64,000 nucleotides of DNA, from positions 59,148,001 to 59,212,000 of the forward strand of contig OX597825.1 of the NCBI GenBank assembly GCA_951406725.2. Reading direction: 5' to 3'. Source of the DNA: Octopus vulgaris (taxonomy: Eukaryota). Each line of letters starts with the position of its first letter. The first letter of the stretch is position 1. Below are positions 12,405-23,651 of this stretch, one piece after another. Under the pieces are notes generated by a model. The model saw nothing but the letters and a program-made list of their open reading frames with translations, was not told the DNA's origin and did not search any database. The translations under genes were made by a program, and so were the position numbers.

Positions 12405-12540
12405 TATTCTTAAACAAGAATATTATTAACAGTGACTTCAAAGTTTTGGTCAGCTAAGCCATTGTTGGACTGCACTCTGATGATAGCTTAGCTGGTCAAA
12501 ACTTTTAAGTTACTGTTCACAACAATCTTGCTTAAGAATA
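12405..12540. repeat. Inverted repeat (~55-bp arms) with a degenerate hammerhead core at the loop
   Basis: TATTCTTAAACAAG...GGTCAGCTAAGC versus GCTTAGCTGGTC...CTTGCTTAAGAATA. CTGATGA at 12477-12483. Confidence 0.75.
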
Positions 12541-12642
12541 ATAAATTTGTACTCCACAAAAGTATAGAGTAACCCATCAGATTAATGCAAAACTGTTTTT
12601 ATTATAACTGAACATTAGGGCAGTGGGCTGGCAGAATCAATA

Positions 12643-12962
12643 GCAGGAGTGGCTTTGTGGTAAGTAGCTTGCTTACCAACCACATGGCACCTTGGGCAAG
12701 TGTCTTCTACTATAGCCTTAGGCTGACCAAAGCCTATTGTATGTATATATATATATATATTTGTGAGTTTGTATCTGTGTTTATCCCTCCACCATTACTT
12801 GACAACCGATCTTGGTGTGTTTACGTCCCCATAACTTAGCGGTTTGGGAAAACAGGCCAATAGAATAAGCACCAAGCTTACTAAGAATAAACTCAGGGGT
12901 CAATTTCCTTGACTAGAAGGCAATGCTCCAGCATGGCCACAGTCAAAATGACTGAAACAAGT
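12643..12962 (+). mobile_element. SINE family C with internal deletions
   Basis: GCAGGAGTGGCTTTGTGGTAAGTAGCTTG...GACTGAAACAAGT. Confidence 0.85.
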
Positions 12963-13015
12963 GATATATATATATATGTATATACGTATTAAAGAGTGAA
13001 CATAAAAACAAACAT

Positions 13016-13067
<52 letters not shown>

Positions 13068-14419
13068 TTTACAATTTTACATATACCATATCTAACAATG
13101 TGTTGTGCTACTGGGGTATTTAAAGTAGCTGTAGATAAAAATGTAGAAAACCAATATTTTCCCACACTTGACCCTCCATTTATAAGAGATATTATCATAA
13201 ACTATGTCACAGCTAACAACAGCCATACATTTCAAGCTACATATTAAGCTGGCCATTGAATCTGTGGGAGGAGAGAAGGACACCCTCTCCCCTTGCAGGC
13301 TTTGTTAAATTATTAGCAAGGAGATATCAAAATACAGGCGTGATAGGAAAAAGAAAAAAAGAAAGAAAAGGAAAAACAAGAAAAGGAATAAAGCTGCTGG
13401 AAACAGTAAAGAAAAGTACAGTCAATCAAATAACTTTGTAGAAGAATTTAATGTTTGAGCTGGGGGTGGGGGTGGGGGCAGGGAATTAATAATTTTACTT
13501 TGAAATTTAACAAAAACAAAGCATTTTAAACCATATAAAATTTAAGTTTCAACTTCAGATGGTACATGTAATCATTAATAGCTTCGTTTAGTTCAGGTGT
13601 TATATCTTATAATTAGAGCAGAAATATTCTGCCAAAGTTCAACCTGACTGACTGAGGCATGGCTGTGTGGTAAGCAGCTTGCTTTTCAACCACTAGGTTG
13701 TGAGGATGTAAACACACCAACACTGGTTGTCAAGTGGTGGTGGACACACACACACACACACAAATGATGGGCTTCTTTCAGTCTCCATCTATTAAATCCA
13801 TTCTCGAAGTTTTGGTTGGCCTGGAGCTTTAGAAGGACACTTGTCCAAAGTGCCATGCAATGGGATTGAAACCAGAACCATGTGGTTGTGAAGTAAGCTT
13901 CTTAACCCCATAGCCACACCTGTGCCTAATAATATTTAAAGTGGCTGTATTAATTGTAAGTGATATAGGTAATTTAACTTTTGTTGTGATACAGGGAGGA
14001 GAAAATTAAATGGTGACAGACAGCAGGAAGGGGCCCACTCCATATGGGAGACACGTGTCATATCTTAATCTGTATAAATTATTTCTGATTTTGGAGCAAG
14101 GCCAGTAATTTTCAAGGGAGAGGATAAGTAGATAACATTGACCCCAGTATTAGATTGGTACTATTGACCCTGGAGGAATAGAAGGCAAAGTTGACCTTGG
14201 CAGGATTTGAACAAGAAGTAAAATGTTGCAATAAATACAATAAACCATTTTTTCCAATGCTCTATTGATTCTACCAACTCATTCTGTATATACCACCTGG
14301 TGCTTTGTGGGAGTCATCTCCACTGAGCTTAACTGTAGCCCGCTGGCGAACAAGCAATACACATATACTGAATATGTGTATTGAATAATGTTTACAACGC
14401 TAGCACTGCTTCTAATTCA

Positions 14420-14733
14420 TATTTGAATATATACTCCCGAGTGTGATCGTTGCCAAAGTGGCTAACTGGCTTCTGTGCCGGTGGCATGTAAAAGGCACCA
14501 TTTGAGTGTGATCGTTACCAGTACCGCCTGACTGGCCCCCGTGCTAGTGGCATATAAAAGCACCCACTGCACTCTCAGAGTGGTTGGCGTTAGGAAGGGC
14601 ATCCAGCTGTAGAAACTCTGCCAGATCAAGATTGGAGCCTGGTGCAACCATCTGGTTCACCAGCCCTCAATCAAATCATTCAACCCATGCTAGCATGGAA
14701 AGCGGACGTTTAACGATGATGATGATAATGATG
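14420..14733 (+). mobile_element. Family E element
   Basis: GGTTGGCGTTAGGAAGGGCATCCAGCTGTAGAAAC...GCATGGAAAGCGGACGTTTAACGATGATGAT. Confidence 0.88.
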
Positions 14734-15068
14734 TATTCATCATCAGGGCATACCAGCAAATGATTTTGACATTATTTGCATATAGTCGTGGACTGGTGAT
14801 TCAGTTTACCTCCGATTCGGTCCAGGTATGTGATGTAGATAAGCCACATAAATGGCAAAACATCGATGTCCATCACTCCTGAATGGGATTTGAGGAGAGT
14901 TGTCTTACCTGTCCCTGACATTCAGGTGTTTTAATACCCGGCACTCTGAGGGGGGTCATCCCCACTGCGCTAAGCCGCAGCCTACCGGCAAACACTTGTG
15001 TGTCTGTGTGTCTACAAATATATGCTAGTTGTCCATTTCCTTCTGAGGAAGGCAATCACCGACTAGCA

Positions 15069-15222
15069 CATCATCATCGTTTAATGTCCGTTTTCCATGC
15101 TAGCATGGGTTGGACGGTTCAACTGGGGTCTGGGAAGCCAGGAGGCTGCACCAGGCTCCAGCTGGATGCCCTTCCTAACGCCAACCACTCTGTGAGTGTA
15201 GTGGGTGCTTTTTATGTGCCAC
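15069..15222 (-). mobile_element. Family E element, partial
   Basis: CATCATCATCGTTTAATGTCCG...GGATGCCCTTCCTAACGCCAACC. Confidence 0.85.
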
Positions 15223-16339
15223 ATGAACCTGCTATATGCTGGGCAGTAACTTGGTTACAAATTTGTTTCCAACCCACTAAAGTTGCTTCTGCTATTACCT
15301 TCTGACCACTAAAAAGTAAGTTGGCAATGTTTATATTGAATTTTAAGACCAATAAGGCTTGCACAACAATTCATAGACCCTCAGCAGCATACTGGCATTA
15401 TCCATAGACAAGCTAGAGCAATGTCCCTAGTGTCAGTATATGAATGTATAAACACACATGCACATGCATGTAGTTGAATAAAATTGGGGTAAAAACCTTC
15501 TGGCATGCTATACAAAGCTTATTCACAGGTATTGGCTACCAAATGTTATCATACAGTGGGAATACTCCTTTCAGTAGATATACATTTGAAATTCCATGGT
15601 ATCTACAGAGTTTATGCATGTATATATGTATTTATACACTTATAGATAATATGCATGTATACAAAAAAATATGCATATAGACAAATGCATGCATACACAC
15701 ACACACACGCACACATAGAGGCATCCATATTTGCACATATATGCATACATTTACACACGTGTATGTGTAAGCAAATGTACATCTATGTACAACCACATGT
15801 ATATACATAAATCTATCTATAGATAGATGTGTGTATATATATATATATGTATGCACAAATGTCATTACTGGTTTCATCCTTTATATTGCATATAGACACA
15901 TGTATATACATGTGCATCTAAATAGAGACATATGCATGTGTATGCAATTATACATACAACTGCATGCGTATATTTGCATTTAATAACTGAAAGACAACCT
16001 GTTTAAGCATATGCATTTATGCATACCCATGCATGTATATAAATACGTGTATACATACAAGCTGACATGCATCTATGCTTTACTACACACAGATGTATAA
16101 TGCAATATGCACGTGTGCAGGAATATGGTAAAATATATATACCAATGAATATATCTGTATGCACGTTTACATATGCATGCATGTGTGCAAGTACAGATGC
16201 ATGCACGTTTGCATCTGCACACAAACATGGAGATCACACGTGTCGTATATAAGAAAAAAAAAACAAACAAAATAAACAGTAGTAATAATAAACTCATGTT
16301 TCTTAGTTGACATTGCAGAGATAAGCCAGATGGGTTGAG

Positions 16340-17010
16340 GTGGGTGGGACAGAGGTAATTCAAGGAGGAGAAGGAGGAGGAGGAAGGAGGAGGAGGAAGA
16401 AGTGGTGGATGAGGAAGAGGAAGGGGAGGAGAGCGATAGTGGCCACATCTTTAGTGCGAACATCTCTACTACAAGAAGGAAGTGACGCAGTGTATTTACT
16501 GCAGTCCATTGTAATAGTAGCATCACATGACAGCAGCAGAGGTGAGCAAAAGGTATCAGGAAGGTGGTGGTGGTGGTGGTGGTGGTGGTGGTGGCAGAGT
16601 ACAGGTCTCACTGATGTAGAACAGGTGGAGTGGTGGGTGGTGGTGGTTGTTGTGGTGGTGTAGGTGATGGTAGAGGTGGTGGCATTGGTGTACAGCTCGC
16701 AGTCGGTGGCAATTGTGATGGTGGTGGTGTTAGAAATGTACAAGTCTTAGTGATGAAGAACAGGTGGAGTGGTGCGTGGTGGTGGTGGTTGTTGTGTAGG
16801 TGATGGTATTGGTGTACAGCTCACAGTTGGTGGCAATGGTGGTGGTGGTGTTAGAAATGTACAAGACTTAGTGATGAAGAACAGGTAGAGTGGTGGTGGT
16901 GGTGGTAGTAGTGTACAAGTCTCACTGCTGAAGACTAGATGAAGTGGTGGTGAAGGCCATGGTGTACACAGGTCTCTGAAGGCCATAATGGCAGTGGTGG
17001 TGGTGACAGC
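16340..17010. repeat. GGA/GGT-rich low-complexity region with a ~120-140 bp internal tandem duplication
   Basis: GTACA(A/G)GTCT..TGATG(T/A)AGAACAGGTGGAGTGGTG recurs near 16599, 16738 and 16859. Confidence 0.85.
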
Positions 17011-17419
17011 ATACATGTTATAGTGACATCTTGCTCTCTTTCTCTCTCTCATCACCATCACTAACCCCGACACCAACACCAGTAGTTACTTCATTGCAGT
17101 TAGCAGCAACACCATCACAATCATCATCATCATCATCAATGTATCACTACAGCAACCATTCACTGCTATTGCCTACCGATGTCTGCACGACCCAGTAAGG
17201 GAGCTTCTATATGGTGACTGGACATACTAGAAATAGCAGCCAAATAATCTCCATCAAATTGCACTCAGTCATCTTTGCAAAATCCTACATGTGGTTCTGG
17301 GTTTTTCACTCAAAGGAAAAAAGATGAGTTGACTATGGCTGGGATGGCTTTGATCATAGGTCTGCTCAATCAAGGCTGACCTGGGGCTAGGCAACAACAG
17401 CAACCCATGCATCTGTGCT

Positions 17420-18020
17420 ATCATCACTACCATAATGATTACCACAACCATCACCACTACCACCACCACCACCACAACTACCACTGCTACCACCACCACC
17501 ACTACACCACCACCACCACTACCACTGCTACCATCACTACCACCACACTACCATCACCATCACTACCACCACTACCACTGCTACCATCACTACCACCACC
17601 ACTACCACTGCTACCATCACCACCACCACCACCACTACCATCACTACCATCACTACCACCACTACCACTGCTACCATCACTACCACCACCACTACCACTG
17701 CTACCATCCCCAGCACCACCACCAGCACTACCACTGCTACCATCACTACAACCATCTCCAGCACCACCACAACCATGAGCATCTCAATTACAACCACTAG
17801 CACCAACAGCATCATCTCCATCACAAACACTATCACAACCATTACCACCATCAGCTCAATGAGCACTATACCACCACCGTCTATCACGTTTGGCATCACT
17901 ATCATAATCCCCACCACTAACCTTCTCACGATTGCCATCACCATCATCATAATTATCACCACCATGATGACAACAACTATCTTCATCACAATCATCCTCA
18001 CACCAACCATGACCATCTCT
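17420..18020. repeat. (CAC/CAT/TAC)n trinucleotide low-complexity tract
   Basis: Reiterated CTACCACTGCTACCATCACTACCACCAC units. Confidence 0.92.
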
Positions 18021-18323
18021 ACTAAAACTTATCAGTATGTAATGCTGCAGACACTTGCGCAATCTGTTCCAGAGCAGTCGTTTGACCAACCCCATACCCA
18101 GATAATTCCACACATGCATCTGACCTCAGACCACAACCAGCCTCACCATACTTTGAAGCAGTATCAAAATAAATTTAGTAACATTTTGCACCAACCTAAA
18201 CCACAGCATTTCAGAGTAGCTTTTATAAGACATTGCATTTAACTAAACATTATGGTACTTTGTAAATATTCTGGTTTATTGAAACTTAGGTACTTTGTGA
18301 TGAAATATACAAGTTTACTGGAC

Positions 18324-18480
18324 TTTTAATGTGTATAAGGAACCCATTTTTGTCAAGGTTGAAAAAATATGTGAGTTTCTTATACATGGATAGTATTATA
18401 ACCCCTAACAAAACCATTTTTTGAAATTTTAAGCTCCCCTCCCCAATTAGGGGGTTTCTTATACACATTAAAATATGGTA
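18324..18480. mobile_element. Probable pogo/Tc2-type MITE remnant
   Basis: Inverted TTTTAATGTGTATAAG(G)AACCC / GGGTTTCTTATACACATTAAAA, ending ...ATATGGTA. Confidence 0.45.
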
Positions 18481-19657
18481 TATGTATAGACAACAGGGTT
18501 CTTTCAGTTTCTGTCAGCCAAATCCACTCACAAGGCTTTGATCGGCCCAGGACTATAGGAGGAGACATTGCCCAAGGTACGAAATCCAACACGAAGATTT
18601 GATCAGCCTTGGGCTATGGTAGAGGATACTTGCCCAAGGTGCCATGCAATGGGATTGAACTCAGAATTGTGCAATTTGGAAGTAAACACTTCTTACTACA
18701 TAACCATGCCTGTACCTATTTAATTTATCCAAACAAAAAAAAGAAAAAAGAAGAAAGAAAAAGGGATCTACCACTAGGATATAGACCAGGTTTTAGAAAT
18801 CATGTAGCTAAGGAGCCAAAAAGAGGACAATGAGGCTCTACATTACCACAAGGTCACTTTTGGATGTCTAACCAGTAGCTGTCACTCAAAACTTACAAAT
18901 TATGGTACCTCCCTAGCTCCCTCTTTCTCTCTCTCTCTCTCCTTTCCCCATGCTACGAATTAATCTCTCATAAATCTGACAGCTTCATATTTCAAGAAAG
19001 AGAGTGAATGAAATGCAGTTAAAGATAAAGAAATCAGGCAAGCCTCTTCAATGATAATACTGCCTGGCTGTCTATCTGTCTGTCTGTCTGTCAGTCAGTT
19101 AGTCTCTTTCTCTCTCTCTCTCTCTCTCCTGGTTCAGCTTCTGTACAGAAAACATCAAGGTTATTGTGTGTTTTTTCTTCTTCTTCTCCCTTTTGTTTTT
19201 TATTGAGCTGGCAGACAAATGTCACATGAACTAATGAATTAAAATGTGGTTTGAATTATGAGGTAGTTTTTATAAACTGTTTTGCCAGGATAAACGGGAA
19301 GCGGGCGGAGGCGGTGGGAGTGAGTGAAACAAAAAGAAAACGAAAGATCTTACAAAAACAAAAACTGAACACTATTTTTTTTTTTTGATCTGGAATATTA
19401 GAGAACTATTGCAGAGTTGGAGAGGGTGTATGACAGAAGATAGTGCAGAGTGGCATAGTTATGTGGAGTGTATATCATGATGTGTACATATTTTTTTACT
19501 GTATCTGAGATATATCACAGTGTCCTAGATTAAGATCATTCGTTGGTTTTTTTTAATCTTTTAGCCAAGAAGAAAGGCAGTACCCATGACCTATTACAGG
19601 ACCTCAGAGATTAGTGGGAGGGAAGGAGAGAGATATCCTCAAACCAAAAACTTGACC

Positions 19658-19743
19658 TGAATGTTTGCAACAGCATTTGTATGGTCTTGAATGTTTGCAA
19701 CAGCACTTGTATGGTCTTGAATGTTTGCAACAGTTCTTGTATG
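19658..19743. repeat. 30-bp tandem repeat, about 3 copies
   Basis: TGAATGTTTGCAACAGCAYTTGTATGGTCT repeated without spacers. Confidence 0.95.
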
Positions 19744-19930
19744 CTAGAAACTGTCACCAAATTTCCCTCAATTCACATTCTATTGTCTTGAAAAGAACAT
19801 ATTGAGTAATGTAGCTTAGTGTTTGGTACACAAAGCAAAAAGAAAAAATGACAGGATGGTCATGGTTGGAATAACTTTGATTACAGGTCTGCTGGATCAG
19901 GGTTGACTTATGGCTCAACAACAACAACAA
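19740..19930 (+). mobile_element. Old (CAA)n-tailed retroposon family F, representative copy
   Basis: CTAGAAA..GCCAAAT.TCCCTCAA...GGATGGTCATGG.TGGAAT..CTTTGAT.A.AGGTCTGCT...CAACAACAAC. Similar relics at 17210-17405, 20845-20930, 42055-42230 and 59915-60120. Confidence 0.6.
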
Positions 19931-19999
19931 TGTGCTAATGATTTCGCCAGTTTGCTGGCAATAATAATAATAATGTCTGCTTGTCAGTTGTTTACTATG

Positions 20000-20232
20000 T
20001 CAGTGACAGGTAAAAAGCACCTATTCTGGTGACATGTGAAAGGCACCCATGCTTGTGATGTGTAAAAAGCACCTGCGCTGGTGACACACTGTGGAGTGGT
20101 TAGCATTAGAAAGGGCATCCAGTCATAGAAACCAGATCAAAATAAATGGGAGCCCAGTGCAGCTCCCTGGCTTACCAGCTCCAGTCAAACTGTCTTACCC
20201 ATGCTAGCATGGAAAGAGATGCTAAATGATGA
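20000..20232 (+). mobile_element. Family E element, diverged
   Basis: AAAAGCACC subrepeats, AGAAAGGGCATCCAG and CCCATGCTAGCATGGAAA...AAATGATGAT. Confidence 0.75.
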
Positions 20233-21122
20233 TTTGCAATGTTGGTTTTTTTACATGATAAAATCCATGGAAGTTTGTTAGCTTCCAGCAGGTTTGGCTC
20301 TTGTGAAGAATGCAAAACTGCTGTTGCTTCAGGCTTAGCTGATTCTATGGAGTTCTTAATACACTCTGAACTCATTTACACTCACTAAACACTCCAGGGT
20401 TTACCGTTACCATTGTTACCAGCACACACACACTCAGTAGTTTCCTTCAATTCTGGATTTTAATCTTGTTTTTACTCATGTGTATGTGCGAGCATGTGTT
20501 TGTATGTATGTGTATGTATACATGTGTATGTAGAATGTGCGGATGCGATATGTGTATGATGTACAGGTACGTGGCGCATGTGGATAATACATGTGTGTGT
20601 GTGTGTGTGTGTATGTGCCTGTGTGCATGTACATATGGAGTGTACATGTGTATGTGATATGTGTATGTGGTGTGTGTTTATGCATACATGAGGGTTTGGT
20701 ATGTGTGTAGTGTATGCATGAGCATGTATGTGGAGTGAGTGTTTTATACAAAACAGATGTATAGTCAATTATCAGATGTAGAGTACTTTGTAAAATAAAA
20801 TATAAAAATTAAAATATAAATATCACCAAGATTTGAGAATACTGTTGCTTAACCCCAGGCTGACCACAAATAAGCAGGCATAATCAAAAGCAATCAAGTT
20901 ATGATTCCCCTGCCTTTTCAGTGTGTGAATCTGAGAGGGGAATATGTTAAATAAAAATCATAATTAATTGATCCTTCTGGATTTTTTTTTCTTAAAGTAA
21001 GGAACTTTCCAGCATACCCTCATATGTGTGTGTATAAATATAAATATAATAATACATACAGAGAGAGGGGGGAGAGGGAGATAAATACACACCTCCACAT
21101 ATAAATATGTACGTATATACTG

Positions 21123-21177
21123 GAAGTTGACATTCCAACTTTACAAGCAACACTTGCAAAGCTGGAATGTCAACTTC
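21123..21177. repeat. 25-bp-stem hairpin with a 5-nt loop
   Basis: GAAGTTGACATTCCAACTTTACAAG-CAACA-CTTGCAAAGCTGGAATGTCAACTTC, 23 of 25 positions complementary. Confidence 0.9.
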
Positions 21178-21834
21178 ATGATGCCCTTAAAGCCAGGAAC
21201 TTTTGAGCACCTTGTGTGGTTAAAGTTCACTTTCTAGCCAAATCATTTCAGGTTCAATCCCATGGCACCTTGGGTAGTGTCTTCAAATATAACCCTGGGT
21301 CAAATAATGCCCTGTGATTGAATTTCAGACAAAAACAGTGTTGTCATACTTACATCCCCATTGAACATTATTACACCCTAAAACTCTGTTGCTTTGATGC
21401 TGAGTGGAATAAAAAAAAATACTGGAAAAACAGGTATGGATTGGCAACAGGAAGAGCATCCAACCATAAAACACTGCCTCGATTAAGGTCTCTGCCCAAT
21501 GTGTGTAAGCATAGAAATACAAACATATAATGAACAAATGACTGAAAATTATTAGAAACATAACTCTGCAGTGACACTATGGAATGTGTTACTCTGAGTA
21601 ACAAGCAATAAAAAGTAGTGGACATGCTTCAAGTAACATCATCAACTAGTCGGGCAACTTGCCTAGACCAGGTAAGTCAGCTGATATCTCATCTGTGCAT
21701 GCCATGACTACAGACGATGGTAGTAATTCATTAACTCAACTGGTTGATCTTGGCCATTGGCAGTTTCATCTGCCGTTGGTGGTTTCATCTGCCGTTGACT
21801 GTTTATTTGCCATTGACTGTTTATCTGCAGTTGT

Positions 21835-22217
21835 CTTTACTCAGTCATTTGACTGTGGCTATGCTGGAGCACCGCCTTTAGTCGAGCAAATTGACCCCAG
21901 GACTTATTCTTTGTAAGCGTAGTACTTATTCTATTGGGATCTTTTGCCGAACTGCTAAGTTACGGGGATGTAAACACACCAGCATCGGTTGTCAAGTGAT
22001 GTTGGGGGGACAAACACAGACACACAAACGTATACACACACACACATATATACGATGGGTTTCTTTCAGTTTCCATCTACCAAATCCACTCACAAGGCTT
22101 TGGTCGGCCTGTGGCTATAGTAGAAGACACTTGCCCAAGGTTCCACGCAGTGGGACTGAACCCGGAACCGTTTGGCTTGTAAGCAAGCTACTTACCACAC
22201 AGCTACTCCTACGCCTA
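21835..22217 (-). mobile_element. Full-length SINE family C
   Basis: Reverse complement of 26095-26503. Confidence 0.92.
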
Positions 22218-23433
22218 TGTTTGTTCATCTGTTGCTAGCAGTTCATCTGCTTAGTATCTCGTTATATTTGCTATTGACTCAGTAAGTTCATCCACCAAAA
22301 CGGTTCACATCTCACCATGTTGCATCAAATGATTTCAAATTAATCCTGGCTCAGGTGGTTACCGAGTGTCAGGCCTTGCCAAGGGGCCACCCATGATTTG
22401 ATCAGGGGCTTTTAATTCTCATATTCACAGCTGATTATTCACATGCCAATTAACCCATACCTGGGACATCCTGGCAGGTGCTACAGCTTTAAGTCAGAGC
22501 AGACCAGGGAACAATACCAGCTAAGAGATGGTTCCACATTCTTCAAAACGCTAGAACTCCTGAAACAGGGTCCCACAACCAGATGCCATATTAAAGTCAC
22601 ACTCAGGACAACACAATGAGTAACAAAACCAATGTAAAGTACTAGACACATTACTCTGAATGGAAACACAATGAATACAATGATATCTAATGCCCTTTTG
22701 TTTCCATAATTAAAAAATGTCAACCTCAATTTCTTTTTTTTTTTTTTTGTTGCCAGATTCCACCACTCATTCATTCCACCCAACTCTGTAATCAGAAGAA
22801 ATATTTGACTGAATATGAAGTAATTTCTATTTTATTTTTTTTATTTTATTATTTTTTTCTTTGCATGCTTAGTTTATTTTTGGAACATGTTTGGTTAGAA
22901 TTTGAAAGAATATTTCCACAGATAACCAATATAGCCATAAATATATGTTTGTTACGTAAGTATAGGTATTTGTATTGTGTTTTGATTGTTCAGTGTAACT
23001 AATTATAGTTCCTTTAAATAACTAAATAGCATGTCCAACAAACGATATGTTGAATAGAGCAAGGCTACATACTTAATAGTCAATTAACTTAATAAAAGAG
23101 CACAACTTTGAAAACCAAAATATAAACCAAAATATAAACAAATAAAAAGAACTTTTCAAAACTTCATCACAAAAAAAAAAAACACAGAAAGAAGACTGGT
23201 CTGAGAGTTTTAGTTTTAAGCTGAGATACCAGAGTAAACACTCACTCAATTAATCAGTCAAGAAAACAAAAATGGTAAAAACAGAGGCATTTTATTGATA
23301 CTTTCTTTTATTGACCCTGGGGTGATGAAAGACAAAGTTAGCCTCAGTGGGATTCGAACTCAGAATGTAGACAACCAGGATAAAATACTGCAAAACAATA
23401 TTCTGACACTAACAAGTTGGTCAGCTCACTGCC

Positions 23434-23651
23434 TTAACCGTTTTGTTACCATATTTCTGTTGAGATGCTCTGTGTTTCTTCCAATTGTTTTAAATATAAC
23501 AAAGAATTTAGTAAAATAACTTTATTATCATTCAGCTAGTGTTAGGAACATAAATTGTGACTAAGGTTTGCTGGAAGATTTTAATTCAAAACTTATGAAA
23601 ATGAGACAGAAACAGAGCCGGTTTTAACCAGGTTGGTAACAAAAGGGTTAA
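23434..23651 (+). mobile_element. piggyBac-type MITE family M2, intact (210 bp plus TTAA TSDs)
   Basis: TTAA-CCGTTTTGTTACCA ... TGGTAACAAAAGGG-TTAA, a 14-bp TIR with 1 mismatch. Confidence 0.88.

Noticed and set aside
17407-18242. His/Pro/Thr-rich ORFs resembling extensins or mucins
   Set aside because: A trinucleotide low-complexity tract open in several frames, with no splice or domain evidence.
19259-19282. TGAGGTAG let-7-like 5' end (also near 31268)
   Set aside because: The rest does not match let-7 and there is no complementary arm nearby.
19658-19743. 30-bp repeats of CRISPR-like length
   Set aside because: The units are contiguous with no spacers, there are no cas genes, and the context is eukaryotic.
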